Shown here piece by piece: positions 51,161 through 64,000 of a stretch of DNA of 64,000 nt. Below the pieces are notes generated by a model. The model had not been told where the DNA came from, made no database searches, and worked only from the letters and a program-made list of their open reading frames with translations. A program made the translations under genes and the position numbers. Each line of letters opens with the position of its first letter. The stretch's first letter is position 1. Source of the DNA: Octopus vulgaris (taxonomy: Eukaryota); the NCBI GenBank assembly GCA_951406725.2, contig OX597816.1, positions 112,282,001-112,346,000 of the forward strand, in the 5' to 3' direction.

Positions 51161-52155
51161 GAGAAATTTGGAACTGAAACAGTAAGTATTAAAATAAAAT
51201 TCAATGATATGGTGTGATGCATATTAGGATTTGATGAATCGCATGAGGACTTCTATCTCTAAATGACATATATTTCCCTATCGAGAATAAGTCAATTTAT
51301 TTGAATCCCTGTGACGCCGGAATTTTTATTCCCTAATTAATATATAAATAAAATAATATATATGTATGTACATACATATATAGTGCATCATGGATTTTAG
51401 TCAGAATTAACTGAATGGTAAATTGCTCAATCAACTGGTTTACTAGACAGGCTCATTGAATTAGCTAGTAAGTGGCTGAGTATTCCACAGGTTTTTATTT
51501 CCCTAGAATCAGCATGATACAGTGTGACAAAGGTGGATCTTTGAATTACAAGCACTATTCAATTAACTGACATTTATTGCCCAATTTCCATCATCCCAGT
51601 TTCCTTCACAAGATGTGGATTGACAAAGACTATAAAAAATAACACTCAAGATGCCAGCCATCATCATCATCATCATCACTACCATCATTTGATGTCTGCT
51701 TTCCATGCTGGCATGAGTAAGACAAAGAGAGAGGGAACCTGTTAAACCACAGGGCAGCATCAAGCTCCAGTGTCAACTTTGGCATGGTTCCTGCAGTTGG
51801 ATGCCCTTTCTGATAATGCCAGCTACTTTACAGAGTGTACTGGGTGCATTTTTCATGCCACCAGCACTGATGGGGTTGCTGTGTATCTTGCAAGACAGGA
51901 AAGAACAGAGATAGAAGAAATGGAAAAAGTTCCCACTTCTAAAAGGAAGTATTTAGGAGGGGAAAGTGAAGGTGGGTAGCTGTATGTGAGATGCTGAAGC
52001 ACTAAAATATTATAGAGGAATAAGCACAGATGTCTTGCTATAGAGGAGATATATAGCTGAAGGAGATAAGTGGGAAGCAGTGTTAGGTGCAGAGAGCAAA
52101 CTCTCAAAGAATGAGAAGGTGAGCATAGGAGAAGACATGGATAGTGGATCATGGG

Positions 52156-52536
52156 CAGTGCTGGATTAGAGAAGGAGAGGACACCACAAAAATGGTAAAT
52201 GGTTTATGGTACAAAAGAAATCACTTTAAACTTGCTAAAATAATATTCAGGATGCCTTTATCTCTACTAATTAAAGATGCAGATGTGTTGCCTAAGATTA
52301 ATTTTGAGGATCAAAGACTTTGCAATCCAAAAATGTAGGAAACTTTTCAAATATAAATAAAGTGGAAATATACAAAAATAAACATTATTTTCCCTCTTTC
52401 TGTTTTGTTTTGTTTTGAAAAATTGAAATTTATTTTATGGTTTGTTATTGTTTATATTTTGAATTACATAATCTTTTATGGGGGTACCAAAATCTTTGAA
52501 GTGCTTAGGGCCTTGATGGGTCTTAATCCAGCCTTG
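52156..52536. mobile_element. hAT-type non-autonomous element (MITE)
   Basis: TIRs CAGTGCTGGATTA / TAATCCAGCCTTG; 8-bp TSD ATCATGGG (52148-52155) / ATCATGGT (52537-52544). Confidence 0.78.
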
Positions 52537-52811
52537 ATCATGGTAAGAAATGAGATAGTGAATGCTTTCATAAGAGTGTGAGGGAGGAGTAAACTGATGG
52601 AGGCAGAGGTTAATGTAGTGAGTGATGAACAAGGGGGGGGGTAACTCAGACTGCATAGTTGCAAAATAAACTTCTTAGACATTCACCATATTGTACCTAT
52701 ATTTCATACATTTTTGCACCCTAGTAAAAGTTAAACAAATACTTATTTTCGAAGTTCTCATGACAACTAAGATGATAGAGTGGAGGATTTTAGTTGCAGT
52801 TATATATCTAT

Positions 52812-53058
52812 ACAATAAAACATTTACAGATACTAATTTAACAGATTAACTGATTCAAAATCTCTTTTGTGTAATCAATAATACGTTTCATCCAGTAAAA
52901 CGGTTATAAGTACCAATTTGTCAGCTTAATTTATTCAAAATCTCTTTTGTGTAATTAGTAATTTAGTTTATCTTGTTAAAACATTTATAGTAGCTAATTT
53001 AGTAGATTAATTCATTATTCAGAATCCCTTTGATATGATCAATAACATAGTTGTTCAC
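52812..53058. repeat. Diverged ~80-84-bp tandem repeat, ~3 copies
   Basis: ATTCAAAATCTCTTTTGTGTAAT at 52853 and 52933, with a variant at 53017. Confidence 0.75.
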
Positions 53059-54495
53059 TATATGTCAGATTTGTGGTTCAATTCCCATAAGATGACTTTA
53101 TATATATATTTATATATATATATATATATAAATACAAACTTGTTACCCTTGTTACCAATTGAAATATACTTGGGACATATTGGAACCCTTAAGAAAGCCA
53201 TTTCTGTATTTTATCATGAAGAAAATTTCTCCTTGTAGACAAATAGGTGTAAACACACCAAGTCAGTTCAAAGTGCCCTCTAACTGATGGATGTGTAGTG
53301 AGTCATGGAAGTGCTATTTTGTTGTCACAGATTAGCACAGTTGTGCTTTGGCAACTGCAGCCAATCAGAGCTGGTTTCATACAGTGGCATCTGTCCAGAA
53401 AGGAAGTCTGTTCCAGTCAGTCTGCGAGCAGTTAGCAGAAGACTTCAACAAGAGTACAGCTATTTTCAGTGGGACTTCAGAAGGACATCACACCCAATGG
53501 CATTACTTCAACATGAACAGCTGTATTATTTCAGCAACTTAACACTGTAAACTTCAGGATTACATTAAGCTCACACAGCAAATCCAATTATTCCCTATGG
53601 ACAGAACCTGCCTGTTTATCACAGTATGCTTCTACCCATTTGTGTAATAGTATGTCCAATGGCCTTCTTTGACTCACTACATACAACAATTGTCTACTCT
53701 AATTGCAACACAAATAAATTATGATGTTTGTTCTAATATAGCCTTCTGATGTATTTTCTCAATGCCTCAAAGATGCAACTGTTTCACTGACTTCTACATT
53801 GTGTATTCATTTGGTAACATGTTAAAATTGGTAATAATACTTTACTCAAGTGACATTCTTGCATAGTTACATCCAAGCACAGAAGCACCAAGCCTGTAGA
53901 TGCATGCATTTTGGAGTGTTTATCTCCTCTTCAGTATCAGATACTGGAAAGGGGACGTGTATATGAAATTTTTGTGCACGTGTGTGTAGGTATGTATATA
54001 TGTACATGTATATGTACATGTGTATGGTTGCATATGCCTGTGGGTGTACGTGCGAGTGTAAGTGAGCATATTCATATATAGCATGTCCGTATTTTAAACG
54101 TGCATTTCAATATAACTGTGCATGTATGGGTATGAGCACATGTGTGTGTGTGCATGCATGCATACATGTGTGTGGATTTGTATACATGTACATGCATGGT
54201 TGCATATATATGTGCATCTATTTGACATATGTGTAGCTGCACATGTGTGTTTCATGCGAGTCTGAGTGAGCATATGCATATAAGCACATGTATGTGGGTG
54301 TGTATACATGCATGTGTATGTATGCATGTACACGATTGCTATGAGCATTTTTACTTCTTTACTTTTTACATTTTACTTCGGTTTTTTCCCTTAGTTAACT
54401 GTCATTCTAATAGTTCTTTTGTCTTAATAACAGTCATTTACATAGTAATTTCCCTTTGTTTAATGGTTATTTTCATAGCATATTTTGATTGCCTC

Positions 54496-54556
54496 AATAA
54501 CTGAAGAGATGCTGGTGTAGGTTTCCGCCCCAACATCCAAAACTCAGAGTTCTATT
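54496..54556 (+). ncRNA. Degenerate hammerhead-like motif in a Penelope-type tail
   Basis: AAUAA-CUGAAGA-GAUGCUGG...CCAACAUC-CAAAAC-UCAGA-GUU-CUAUU; the G of GAAA is lost. Confidence 0.4.
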
Positions 54557-55557
54557 ATGGCAACTGAAAATAATTGTCACATATTATATTACAAATATAT
54601 ATATATATATATATTTGTGTGTATGTATATATATATATGTGTGAATGTATACACATGTATGCATATGTGTGTGTATATTTGCATGTACTCCTGTCTTGAC
54701 ATCACATAATGATTATAAATGAGCATTGTCATCATACAAGCCAGGCTATTTGTTTCCAGTCTTTCATGAAAAAAAATCTCTCACTTAGAAACAGGAGAGT
54801 ATTGCCAACAGGAAGAGCATCCAGGTGAAGAAAATTTACCTCAGTCAATTCCATATGACACGTGAAAGCCTGGAAAAGTGGACATTAAATGATGATGATA
54901 ATCATGATGATAACGATGATAATGAGTATGACAAAGACATGTTCTTTTTTTATTGTGAGTTAGTTGGCAACCTCACTAATGTCAGTACCATGAAAAAAAC
55001 ACCAAGTACACTCTGGAAAGGGGTTAGCATTAGGAAGAGCATCCAGTCATAGAAACCAACCTGAAGTAGATACTGGAACTTAATGCAGGTTGTTGGATCC
55101 TGTCAAATCATGCAAACCATACCAGATGGATAATAAATAATGATGATGATGATTACGAAGACCACAATGACAATGATAATGGTGATGATGATAATGATTT
55201 CAACCAACACAAGATTTGATATTGTTCTAACTTTATAGATGATATAGCATTTATAATTTTTGTTTTGCTCTTGAGATGTATGGAGAGAGAGGTTAAAATG
55301 AAAACATAACAGCCTCTTGTAATTTCCATTACTCCTATATTTGGAATGGTAAAAGCAGCTTAGCAGCTTTACTTACAGCGAAGGAGAAAAATAGCCTAAT
55401 ATGATATCCGTTTGCAACCTGTAACTATTTACTCGCAAGTTAATGTTGAAATTTAAAGAATCTTCCTGTCTTGTTCACAAGTTAAAATCTGGATGAGTAG
55501 TTTTCTCTTAGAGAGAGAAAGAGAAGGGAATAGGAGAGAGAGAAAGAGAAGGGAATA

Positions 55558-55590
<33 letters not shown>

Positions 55591-57198
55591 TGACAGGAAA
55601 CATTACCGCTAATTTCATCTTAAATCTCATGGCTACTATTCACGTTAATTGATTTCCTTTCAGTGGACAAAACATGAGGCCAAATTTTGCAGAGGAAGCC
55701 AAATGTATGTAGACATGGCCATGTGGTTAAGAAATTTGTGTTACAATAACTTGGTTATGTGCTTTATTCTACTAACTAATTTGGTACCTTAGTTAAGTGC
55801 CTACTACCATAGTCTAATGCAATTAGTTGAAGTGGTGCATGAAGAAATAGCTGTTGCTGCTTTTCGTGTTTTGTTGTTTAGTCACAGATCAACTCTGATT
55901 AACTAAATCCATGACCAAAGGTATTTGCATCCTATATTTTACTCAAACACAGTGTATCTAGGACTATATTATCCAAATGGTCCTTTCTAACAGAAGCATT
56001 TTGGCAACTCTTTCTAACAGGTCAAGCAACCAAATAGAGGCTCCCTTCATTGGACCTGGCATTTTTGCTGGCTGTTATTATTGTCCTAGGAGTATCAGTA
56101 GTAATACCTGTGGCTGTTTTATTTTTGTTGTTTTTCTTGATGTTGTAACAAGTAAGCCAGCTTACTAACTTCTTGATGGAATAATTGCTTCTGTGTTAAC
56201 CTAAAGGCCAGCAAAGTAGAAGTTAGCGGTCACAGCCAATTGAATTACTAGCACTTTATTTTATAGACCCTGAAAGAATGAAAGGTAAAGTTGACCCAGT
56301 AAAATCTGAATTCAGAATGTAAAGAATCAAAATAGATACTGCAAATCGGTTTTTCTGATACACTAATGATTCTACCATCTTGCCATTAGATCACTCCTAT
56401 TGTAACCATAGGAGTAATTTAGTTCTGGTTCTTCCTTTGTTATTTAAGAAATAAATTGGAGAAGTCATTGAAATACCTTACACTAGTTTTTTCCAGAATC
56501 TTAAGATCTGTGTTCGAATCTTGTCAAGGACAACTTTGCTTATCATTCTTCAAGGATTGATGCAAAAAAACTTCAAATAAGTGTAATGGCTAATGGAATC
56601 AGACAGAATGCTTTGCAATATATATTTTGTGTGAACACACATTGACATCAGAGATTAATAATAACAAAATTGTAAAACAATGCAGACAGCCATGTCTGTT
56701 TGGCAAGTAACTTTCTTTCAAACCACAATATTTGTCCCAACTTTTAGAGTTCTAAGTTCAAATCCTGCATTATGCCACATGGGTTGTAGACATGATCCAC
56801 TGGCAGTTTAACATTAACACCTTTTTCTTGTGTACCTTTTGTGGAGTCCACTCTGTTACAAGCATTTTGGCCAGATTTCCAATTTGATGATAACTTTCTC
56901 TCTCTCACCACTACTCTCCTGCAGTCTTGGAGGCCCTGTAAAGGGTCATAGATACTGCCTTTCTTCCTGGTTAATTGACAAAAATCATTAACAAGTAAAT
57001 CTAATAGGTACAGGCATGGCTATGTGGTAAGAAGTTTGATTCCCAGCCACATGCTATCAGGTTCAGTTCCACTGCATGAGCAAGTTTATTCTAACAGTTT
57101 AACCTGAAAGATGCTTGTCATGTGCGTATCCAACCCATGCAAACATGGAAAAGTGGACTTCAAAATAATTACAATGATGATCCACAATTAAAGGCATT

Positions 57199-57582
57199 AA
57201 GCTTTGCTTATGAACCACGTGGTTCCAGGTTCAGTCCCACTGCATGGCACCTTGGGCAAGTGTCTTCTACTATAGCCTCGGGCCGACCAAAGCCTTGTGA
57301 GTGAATTTGGTAGATGGAAACTGAAAGAAGTCCGTCGTATATATGTATACATATATATGTATGTGTGTGTGTATGTGTTTGTGTGTCTGTATTTGTCCCC
57401 ACCAATATCACTTGACAACCGATGCTGGTGTGTTTACGTCCCTGTAACTTAGTGGTTTGGTAAAAGAGACCAATAGAATAAGTACTAGGCTTACAAAGAA
57501 TAAGTCCCAGGGTCAATTTGCTTGACTAAAGGCGGTGCTCCAGCATGGCCACAGTCAAATGACTGAAACAAGTAAAAGAGTA
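57199..57582 (+). mobile_element. SINE family A
   Basis: GGTTCAGTCCCACTGCATGGCACCTTGGGCAAG...GAAACAAGTAAAAGAGTA. Confidence 0.9.
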
Positions 57583-57717
57583 CCATATGGAGGTTGATGA
57601 TATTGCTGCTATCTCTAGCAGGTCTAGCAACTTCATAGCAGCACCCTGATTGATTCCTTGATGGTATTGTTGCTGTTTGATATGAGCACAATCTTGATCA
57701 ACCAAAAATATGATCAA

Positions 57718-58195
57718 TCATCATCATCATCATTGTTCGACCGTGGTCGAGACAATGGAATTTACTATGTTACGCCAGACTTCACGGTCCATCATAGCAT
57801 TACGGAGGTCCTGTTGCTGGATGCCTGTATCCCTGGAGATTACATCAGGGTAGGAGAGTGTGCGCCCTCTGGTATTGCGAGTAGATGGCTTCCAGAGGAG
57901 AAGAGTAGAAATTACTTCTTTTTCAGCTCTACAACAATGTCCAGCAAACTGGACTCTCCTACCTTTCACAAGAGATGACACAGGTGGTAGTTTCCCATAT
58001 ATTTGCATTTTGGTTGGATGGCGCTTCCACGAGAGATTTTGAGCTCTCATATGGAGGCGAGTGTAGGTTCCATCCAACCGCCTCTCAAGCTTCTTTGATA
58101 ACGTCCAGGTTTCTGAGCCATATAGTAGAATGGGTTCGACTGTGAATATTTCAAGTTTGAAGTCTCTACTTAGATTTGATGACCAGATCTTATGC
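57718..58195 (-). mobile_element. Young 5'-truncated RTE-like LINE with open ORF2 C-terminus and 8-bp TSD
   Basis: VEPILLYGSETWTL..RRLDGTYTR...RRVQFAGHC.R...MMDREVWR; TSD ATGATCAA at 57710-57717 and 58196-58203; (TGA)n tail. Confidence 0.9.
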
Positions 58196-59265
58196 ATGAT
58201 CAAACACCTCCTTTCTTTTTAGGTTGGTATAGATCTATATTGTCTAATGTGTCATGTTCCTACAGAGGTTTTAGGCAATGATTTGAAGAAGATTTCACTA
58301 CTATTTCTAGCAGGGCAAGTGACCACATAAAGAAATCCTTGTAAGTGGTGGAAATGATAGTATCCAATGTTGCAAATGTGGCACTGGCAGTAATTATGGT
58401 GATGGTAGCATTGCAATTATGACAGTGGAAGTAGCTACAGCAATGATAATAGCAGTGGCAGTGGTAACAGTGCCAGTAGTGGTTGTTGTTGTTGTGATTG
58501 TGGTGGTGGTGGTGATGGTGGTGGCGGCGGTGATGACTGCAGTGATGGTAGTGGTTGTGGTGGTGGCAGCGGTGGTGGTGGTGGTGGTGGTGGTGGTGGT
58601 GGAGGAGGAGGAAGAATTGGTGGTGACAGCAGCAATGGAATTGACAATGCAGTCAGTGGTGGTTTGTGGTGGTGGTGGTAGTGGTGATGGTGGAGATGGT
58701 GATGGTGGTGATGGTGATGGTGGTGATGGTGATGGTAGTGATGGTGATGGTGGTGATGGTGGTATTTGCAGGGGTGGTGTCAGCAGGAGATATGGCAGCA
58801 GCAGTAGTGGTGGTACTGGTGGTGTTGTTGGTGGTGCTGGTGCTGATGCTGATGGTGCTGGTGACCATCGCCATCATTATTGTATGGTGGTGGTGGCAGT
58901 GGTGGTCAATATTGTTTCAATCTCTATCGAAATTTAATCACTTTTGGGAAATTTAATCTCTTGTATGAAATTTAATAAAATATAAATTCATTTATTTTTT
59001 TCTTTTTATTTTTTTAATACTTTTTATTAGGGATCCAAACTGCAGGGTCTTTAGAAGATTTCCAAGATTCTGAAATATTCAGCATGCATGCAAGAGCACA
59101 ATGTCTTCTGTACACTAGTATATTAATAAACATAGTACACATATACATATATACATACATACAGGCATATATATATGCATACATACACACACGCATACAT
59201 AAAATATATATATATACACGCACATATATAGATATATATATATATATATACATGCATAAATACGC

Positions 59266-59329
<64 letters not shown>

Positions 59330-59974
59330 GTGTACATGCACACTCACACACACATATACATATATATATATATATATGCATGCATGTAAATTTATGTATA
59401 TATATATATGAATATATGGGCACATACATAAGTGCATGCACACATATGTGTACATACGTATATATACACACACACATATATGTATATTCATATATATTCA
59501 TACGTAACTGCACACATACATAATCGTACACTCACATGCCTACATGCATTTGCACATACATGCACATGCAATCATACATTGACACACACACATACACACA
59601 CATGCACAGAAGTAAAGCCAAACAGCTCATTAATTGGACAGCTTGTAACAGTATACTGTTATGTACAAAACAAATTGGGCGCTAGCCATAAGTGTATATT
59701 TGGATTAGATTACGATTATAAGCAGAAATACTCAAACATGTGTATGTGTGTGTGTGTCTGCATGCATGTGTTTGTATGTGTGTGTGCGCGCATGCACATG
59801 TGTGTGTATCCTATGAGTTTTTCAGGTTTTCGAATATGAAGCATGTTATATCGATGGACTATTTGTGAGATACTCTCTTCATACTCACAATTTGGCCAAG
59901 CAATTTCCATACAAAAACTATTATGCAAACTTTCACTCTAAAATATATATCAAATGGGGCAGAGTCTTGGAAGT

Positions 59975-60092
59975 GCTTACATCAGTTTCACATTGAAAGC
60001 ATCAGTCCCTATGTAATTGTCAAAGTTAAGCAACATCTAACCTAGATAGTACTTAGATGGGTGACCACTTATTAAAACTAAGTGCTCTGAGG
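59975..60092 (+). pseudogene. Decayed 5S rRNA copy (pseudogene or 5S-derived SINE head)
   Basis: ~118 nt collinear with metazoan 5S: GCTTAC...TTGAAAGCA...AAGTTAAGCAAC (box A)...TAGTACTTAGATGGGTGACC (box C)...GTGCT; many CpG-type substitutions. Confidence 0.78.
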
Positions 60093-60289
60093 ACAATTAT
60101 TAGTTTAGGCACAGGCACAGCTGCATGGTTAAAAAGTTTGCTTTGAAACCATGTGGTTTTAGGTTCAACCCCACTGCATGCTACGTAAGGCAAGATCCTT
60201 CTGATCATGGGCTAATCATTGCTTTGCACATGAATTTGGTAGAAGAAAACTTCACTTGCATAGACATATATATAAATATATATAAAGAT

Positions 60290-60290
60290 C

Positions 60291-60352
<62 letters not shown>

Positions 60353-60353
60353 C

Positions 60354-60420
<67 letters not shown>

Positions 60421-60421
60421 C

Positions 60422-60487
<66 letters not shown>

Positions 60488-60565
60488 ATAAGTAGACAGG
60501 CAGACAGACAGATAGATAAGTAGATAGACAGACAGACAGATCGATAGATCAATAGATAGATAAAT
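60290..60565. repeat. (GATA)n/(GACA)n microsatellite
   Basis: Directly visible. Confidence 0.95.
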
Positions 60566-61159
60566 AAGCAAATAATAGAAGATGGATTATAGTGAACCAC
60601 AATCCATCTGCTGTTATTTGTTTATCCTTCACCTAACTCAGAACCTGGAATTCTTTTGGATTGCAGTAGGTGCAGTGAGTGCACCCATGTGTGACCTTGA
60701 TGACTTGTGTATTTTGTCAGCCATTACATGAACATATGCATAACCAGACTACAGGTCTTTGTTTACAAAGTAAGTACGTTTTGTCCTTAAATATTGTCTG
60801 TACATGATAACACTATCACCGACCTCACCTTGGTGCTTCCATTATTTAAGTACCTGATTCTCTTGAATCCTGGAAATTTTATATATATATATATATATAT
60901 ATATGCTAGTTACAAGGAAGAAATTCTATAAATAGACAATATGGGTGTACATACATACAGACATACATATACATATGTATTTGCTTTGCTTTACATATAT
61001 ACATTTACAACTACATATACATACATACATATGCATGAGGAGATAGACAAACAGACAGACAGATAGAAAGATATGTGTAAGTATGTGTTTGTGTGGCTGT
61101 GTGTCTGTTATGTCCCCATAATTTTGGCAACTCAGCAATGGACAAAATGCTTTTGCTTT

Positions 61160-62119
61160 GCAGTATTTCTTCCGACTTCTTATCTTTCATACTTTCAATA
61201 AAATAAAGTTCCAATCAAATTCTAGAATCAATTGTATCAGCTTACACCCATCCTTAAATTACAAGCCTTATACCTATACTAAAACAATTATTAAGAGTGG
61301 TGGGGTTGGCAGAAACACTAGAGCATTGGATGAAGTGTTTTGCAGATTTTTCTTCTGACTCTTTACATTCTGAGTTCAAATTCCGCTGAAGTCATATTTA
61401 TCTTTCATCTCTCTAGAACCAATAAAATAAAATACTAGTCAAAAAATTGCTGGCCTTGGGCCTAAACCAGAAACAATTAAATGTGGCAGACTGGTAGAAT
61501 CATTATAGCTTTCCTCATTTTCTTAGAGTTCTTTTCATTATGAGTTCAAATTCCACTTAAATCAGCTTTGCCTTTCATTCTTTCAGAGGTGAGAAAAGAA
61601 ACCAAACTCTTGTGTCAAAGGAATTGACTGACTCCTGTTCCTTCAAAGTTCATACCAAAAGAGGTGGAATGGCAGGATTATTAGGGCTTCAGGAAAAATG
61701 CTCAGGCTCTTTGTAGTCTGAATTTAAATCTTGCCAAGGTCAACTATGCCTTATATCCATTCAAGAATCAATAGACTAAAGTACGAGTCATGTCTCGGTA
61801 TTCCCTCAAAAATTGCAGGCCTTATGCCTCATTAGCATGCTTGGAAAAATGCATAGCAGCATGTCTACCAACTTTAAATATTGAGTCCCAATGCTGTTAA
61901 GGTCAACTTTGCATTTCATTCTTTCATGTTCAACAAAATAAGTACCATTTGACCTCTGGGGTCGATGTAATTGATGTACCCCTCTCTTCAAAACTGCTGG
62001 CCTTGTGCCAAAATCTTAAAGAATTATTATTGTTTTTGTTGTTGTTGCTGTTGTTTTATTATTATTGTTATTATTTTTCCTCTTCTTCATTTTTCTTCTT
62101 TTTCTTCTTCTTCTTTATC

Positions 62120-62160
<41 letters not shown>

Positions 62161-62184
62161 AGCAGCAGCAGCAGTAGCAGTAAC

Positions 62185-62230
<46 letters not shown>

Positions 62231-62610
62231 AGGTAGTTGATTGCAAAAAATCACAGCACACTGGGAAAATGCTTTGTGGTAATTAGTTACAGCCTTTACA
62301 ATATCCTTTCGAATTCTGCCAGGATCAATAACACTGCCTTTCATCACTCTCAGAGTAAAGATTAATAAAATGAATACCAATCAAGTATTAATAGTTTGTT
62401 AAGTTGACTATACACACACCCCACAGCACACCACACACACACACATACACACTAAAATTTATGTAGTCTTGAACCAATGTTATTAACCAACATTTCGTGT
62501 TTTGTAATACGTAGTTGCACTCCTTTACATTTTGAGTTCAAACCCTTCAGAGGTTAACTTTGCCTTTCAGCTTTCTGGTGAATAAAGAAATCAATAAAAT
62601 AAATAGCAGT
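61160..62610 (+). mobile_element. Head-to-tail cluster of ~6-7 old family-B SINEs
   Basis: Repeated GAGTTCAAAT...CTTTGCCTTTCAT cores near 61370, 61540, 61720, 61880, 62310 and 62530, all on the + strand. Confidence 0.72.
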
Positions 62611-63000
62611 GACACACTAGAGGAGAAATTTATTAGATCCTTTCAGACACTGTGAGATCAATGCAGTTGATGTTATGGTTATGACAAGCGGGATGTGGGT
62701 TGGTATCCTGAAAGTCTTGGTCAGTTCTTAGAGAAATAGCCAAGTGAAATGCTTTGATTCAATATTTCTTCTTTCTAGAAAGATGGAATGGTGAGACATA
62801 GTTACAATAATGAGAAGAAAATAGATTGTTGTTGTTGTCGTCGTCGTCGTTGTTGTTGTTGTTGCTTTTTCAAGAAGCTGGTCTATTTCCACATGGAAAT
62901 ATGAAAGCATAACACAAAGTCCCTCCAGAAACGGATTCAACAACCACAACTCTTTGTTTAATATCCAAGTGAGATAAAAATCTTACACATCCAGAGATTA

Positions 63001-63037
<37 letters not shown>

Positions 63038-63099
63038 ACATTGAAGGAAAATTCTGTGCATAGGCATAGAAGTGGCTGTGTGGTAAGTAGCTTGCTAAC

Positions 63100-63960
63100 C
63101 CATACATGCACATTGCTGTTGCTTCTTACAGAGAACCGAGGTGGATGTGAGTGGAGTGTGTTGGCTCTGTCCAATATTGAACTGAAAGAAAAAAGATCAA
63201 CATCAGCATAAGGCCATTGAGGTAGGTGGTTTTGTTTTCATTTGACCTGGGTGTAATTTGTCAAATAGTAATTGTTTGTTGGTTGATAAATTTCGCCCAG
63301 CTCCATGGCAATTCTGTGTACTGTTTGCAGCTGCTGTTTGTTGCTTTGTTGCATAGGAAAAAAAAGAAAAAAATTGGGGGGGGTGTATTCTCGCCCAAAC
63401 TTACTGGATTTTGCCATTGGAATTTGTTGGATTACCATTGAACCTAGGAAGTTGACCAGGAGTACCTGTTGGCCATTGATGTTTACTGTGTGAATTGTTT
63501 TTCTTTTCTCTATCCTTCTGTTTTTTTCCTTTCTTTCTGGAACTGTTTTTGTGTTTCATTTGGATTTTATTTTACATTCATTTTTTGGACTGATATGTTT
63601 ATTTCTTTTTGGACTTCCTGTTAATTTATTTGGATTTTCTGCTTTGTTTTGAACTGATTCTTAACATGGCAAATACAAAAAGGTGCCTTAGAGTGGAAGG
63701 TTATTCCACCTAAGCAATGGATTAAAAACCTTGAGAAGAGGACAATGGTACTACAAACCTATTCTAGGTCACGTGATGCCATCGCCCTCTTCAACAAGGG
63801 TATTATTAATAAAGAGCTGGCAAAATGTTTGCCAGCCAAAAATTATTATGTAACCGGGGGTGTCAAATGCGCCACGGTGTGGCTGCTTTTTGACACCCCT
63901 GAGGAGGCTTGCACTGTGGCAGGCTAGCCCCTGGAAGGAGAGGGGATTTTGTTTTTGGAA
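63100..63960 (+). mobile_element. Possible 5'UTR and ORF1 start of an L1/Tx1-like LINE, decayed
   Basis: T-rich leader, then LEKRTMVLQTYS...YVTGGVKCATVWLLFDTPEEA (RRM-like ORF1 pattern, my recollection only); begins where a family-A SINE head (63062-63100) breaks off. Confidence 0.4.
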
Positions 63961-64000
63961 TTTTTATACTTGTATTTAATTGCTGTATATTAATTTTTCT

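Noticed and set aside
53305-53550. Overlapping 81-aa and 64-aa ORFs after a possible splice acceptor
   Set aside because: No recognisable domain or donor site; length is within chance expectation.
58419-58956. 172-aa Val/Gly-Asp-rich ORF
   Set aside because: Degenerate (GGT/GAT)n low-complexity tract open in several frames on both strands; the same applies to 39940-40330.
59030-59125. Strong pyrimidine tract + AG followed by open frame [17 protein letters not shown]...
   Set aside because: No convincing donor or homology; runs into (TA)n, and T-rich acceptors are common by chance here.

Overview
AT-rich eukaryotic (animal) genomic DNA, packed with microsatellites ((TA)n, (CA)n, (TAA)n, (CAT)n, (GATA)n) and interspersed repeats. 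The repeat families resemble those of octopus/coleoid cephalopod genomes (inference from pattern recognition, not a database hit). I cannot support any intact host protein-coding gene; the window looks intergenic or deep intronic, and most ORFs in the track are microsatellite artefacts. Recognisable coding remnants are all transposon-derived: R4/Dong-type RLE LINEs (three sitting in (TAA)n tracts), RTE LINEs, a Penelope-like RT+GIY-YIG element, a CR1/L2-like tail, three Tc1/mariner relics, a hAT-type MITE with an 8-bp TSD and a possible L1/Tx1 5' end. There are also three tRNA-derived SINE families and a decayed 5S rRNA copy. The most interesting items are: (1) a ~205-220-bp structured, (AAC)n-tailed retroposon with no tRNA/5S head, a fixed 5' end and a partial HDV-ribozyme-like core (3 copies); (2) a two-segment inverted templated insertion copied exactly from 1.4 and 3.2 kb away; (3) hammerhead-ribozyme-like motifs in Penelope-type terminal repeats; (4) a near-perfect 27-bp-arm hairpin in unique sequence; (5) SINEs stacked head-to-tail whose (TTA)n tails also appear to host Dong insertions. 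All coordinates and alignments were read by eye.
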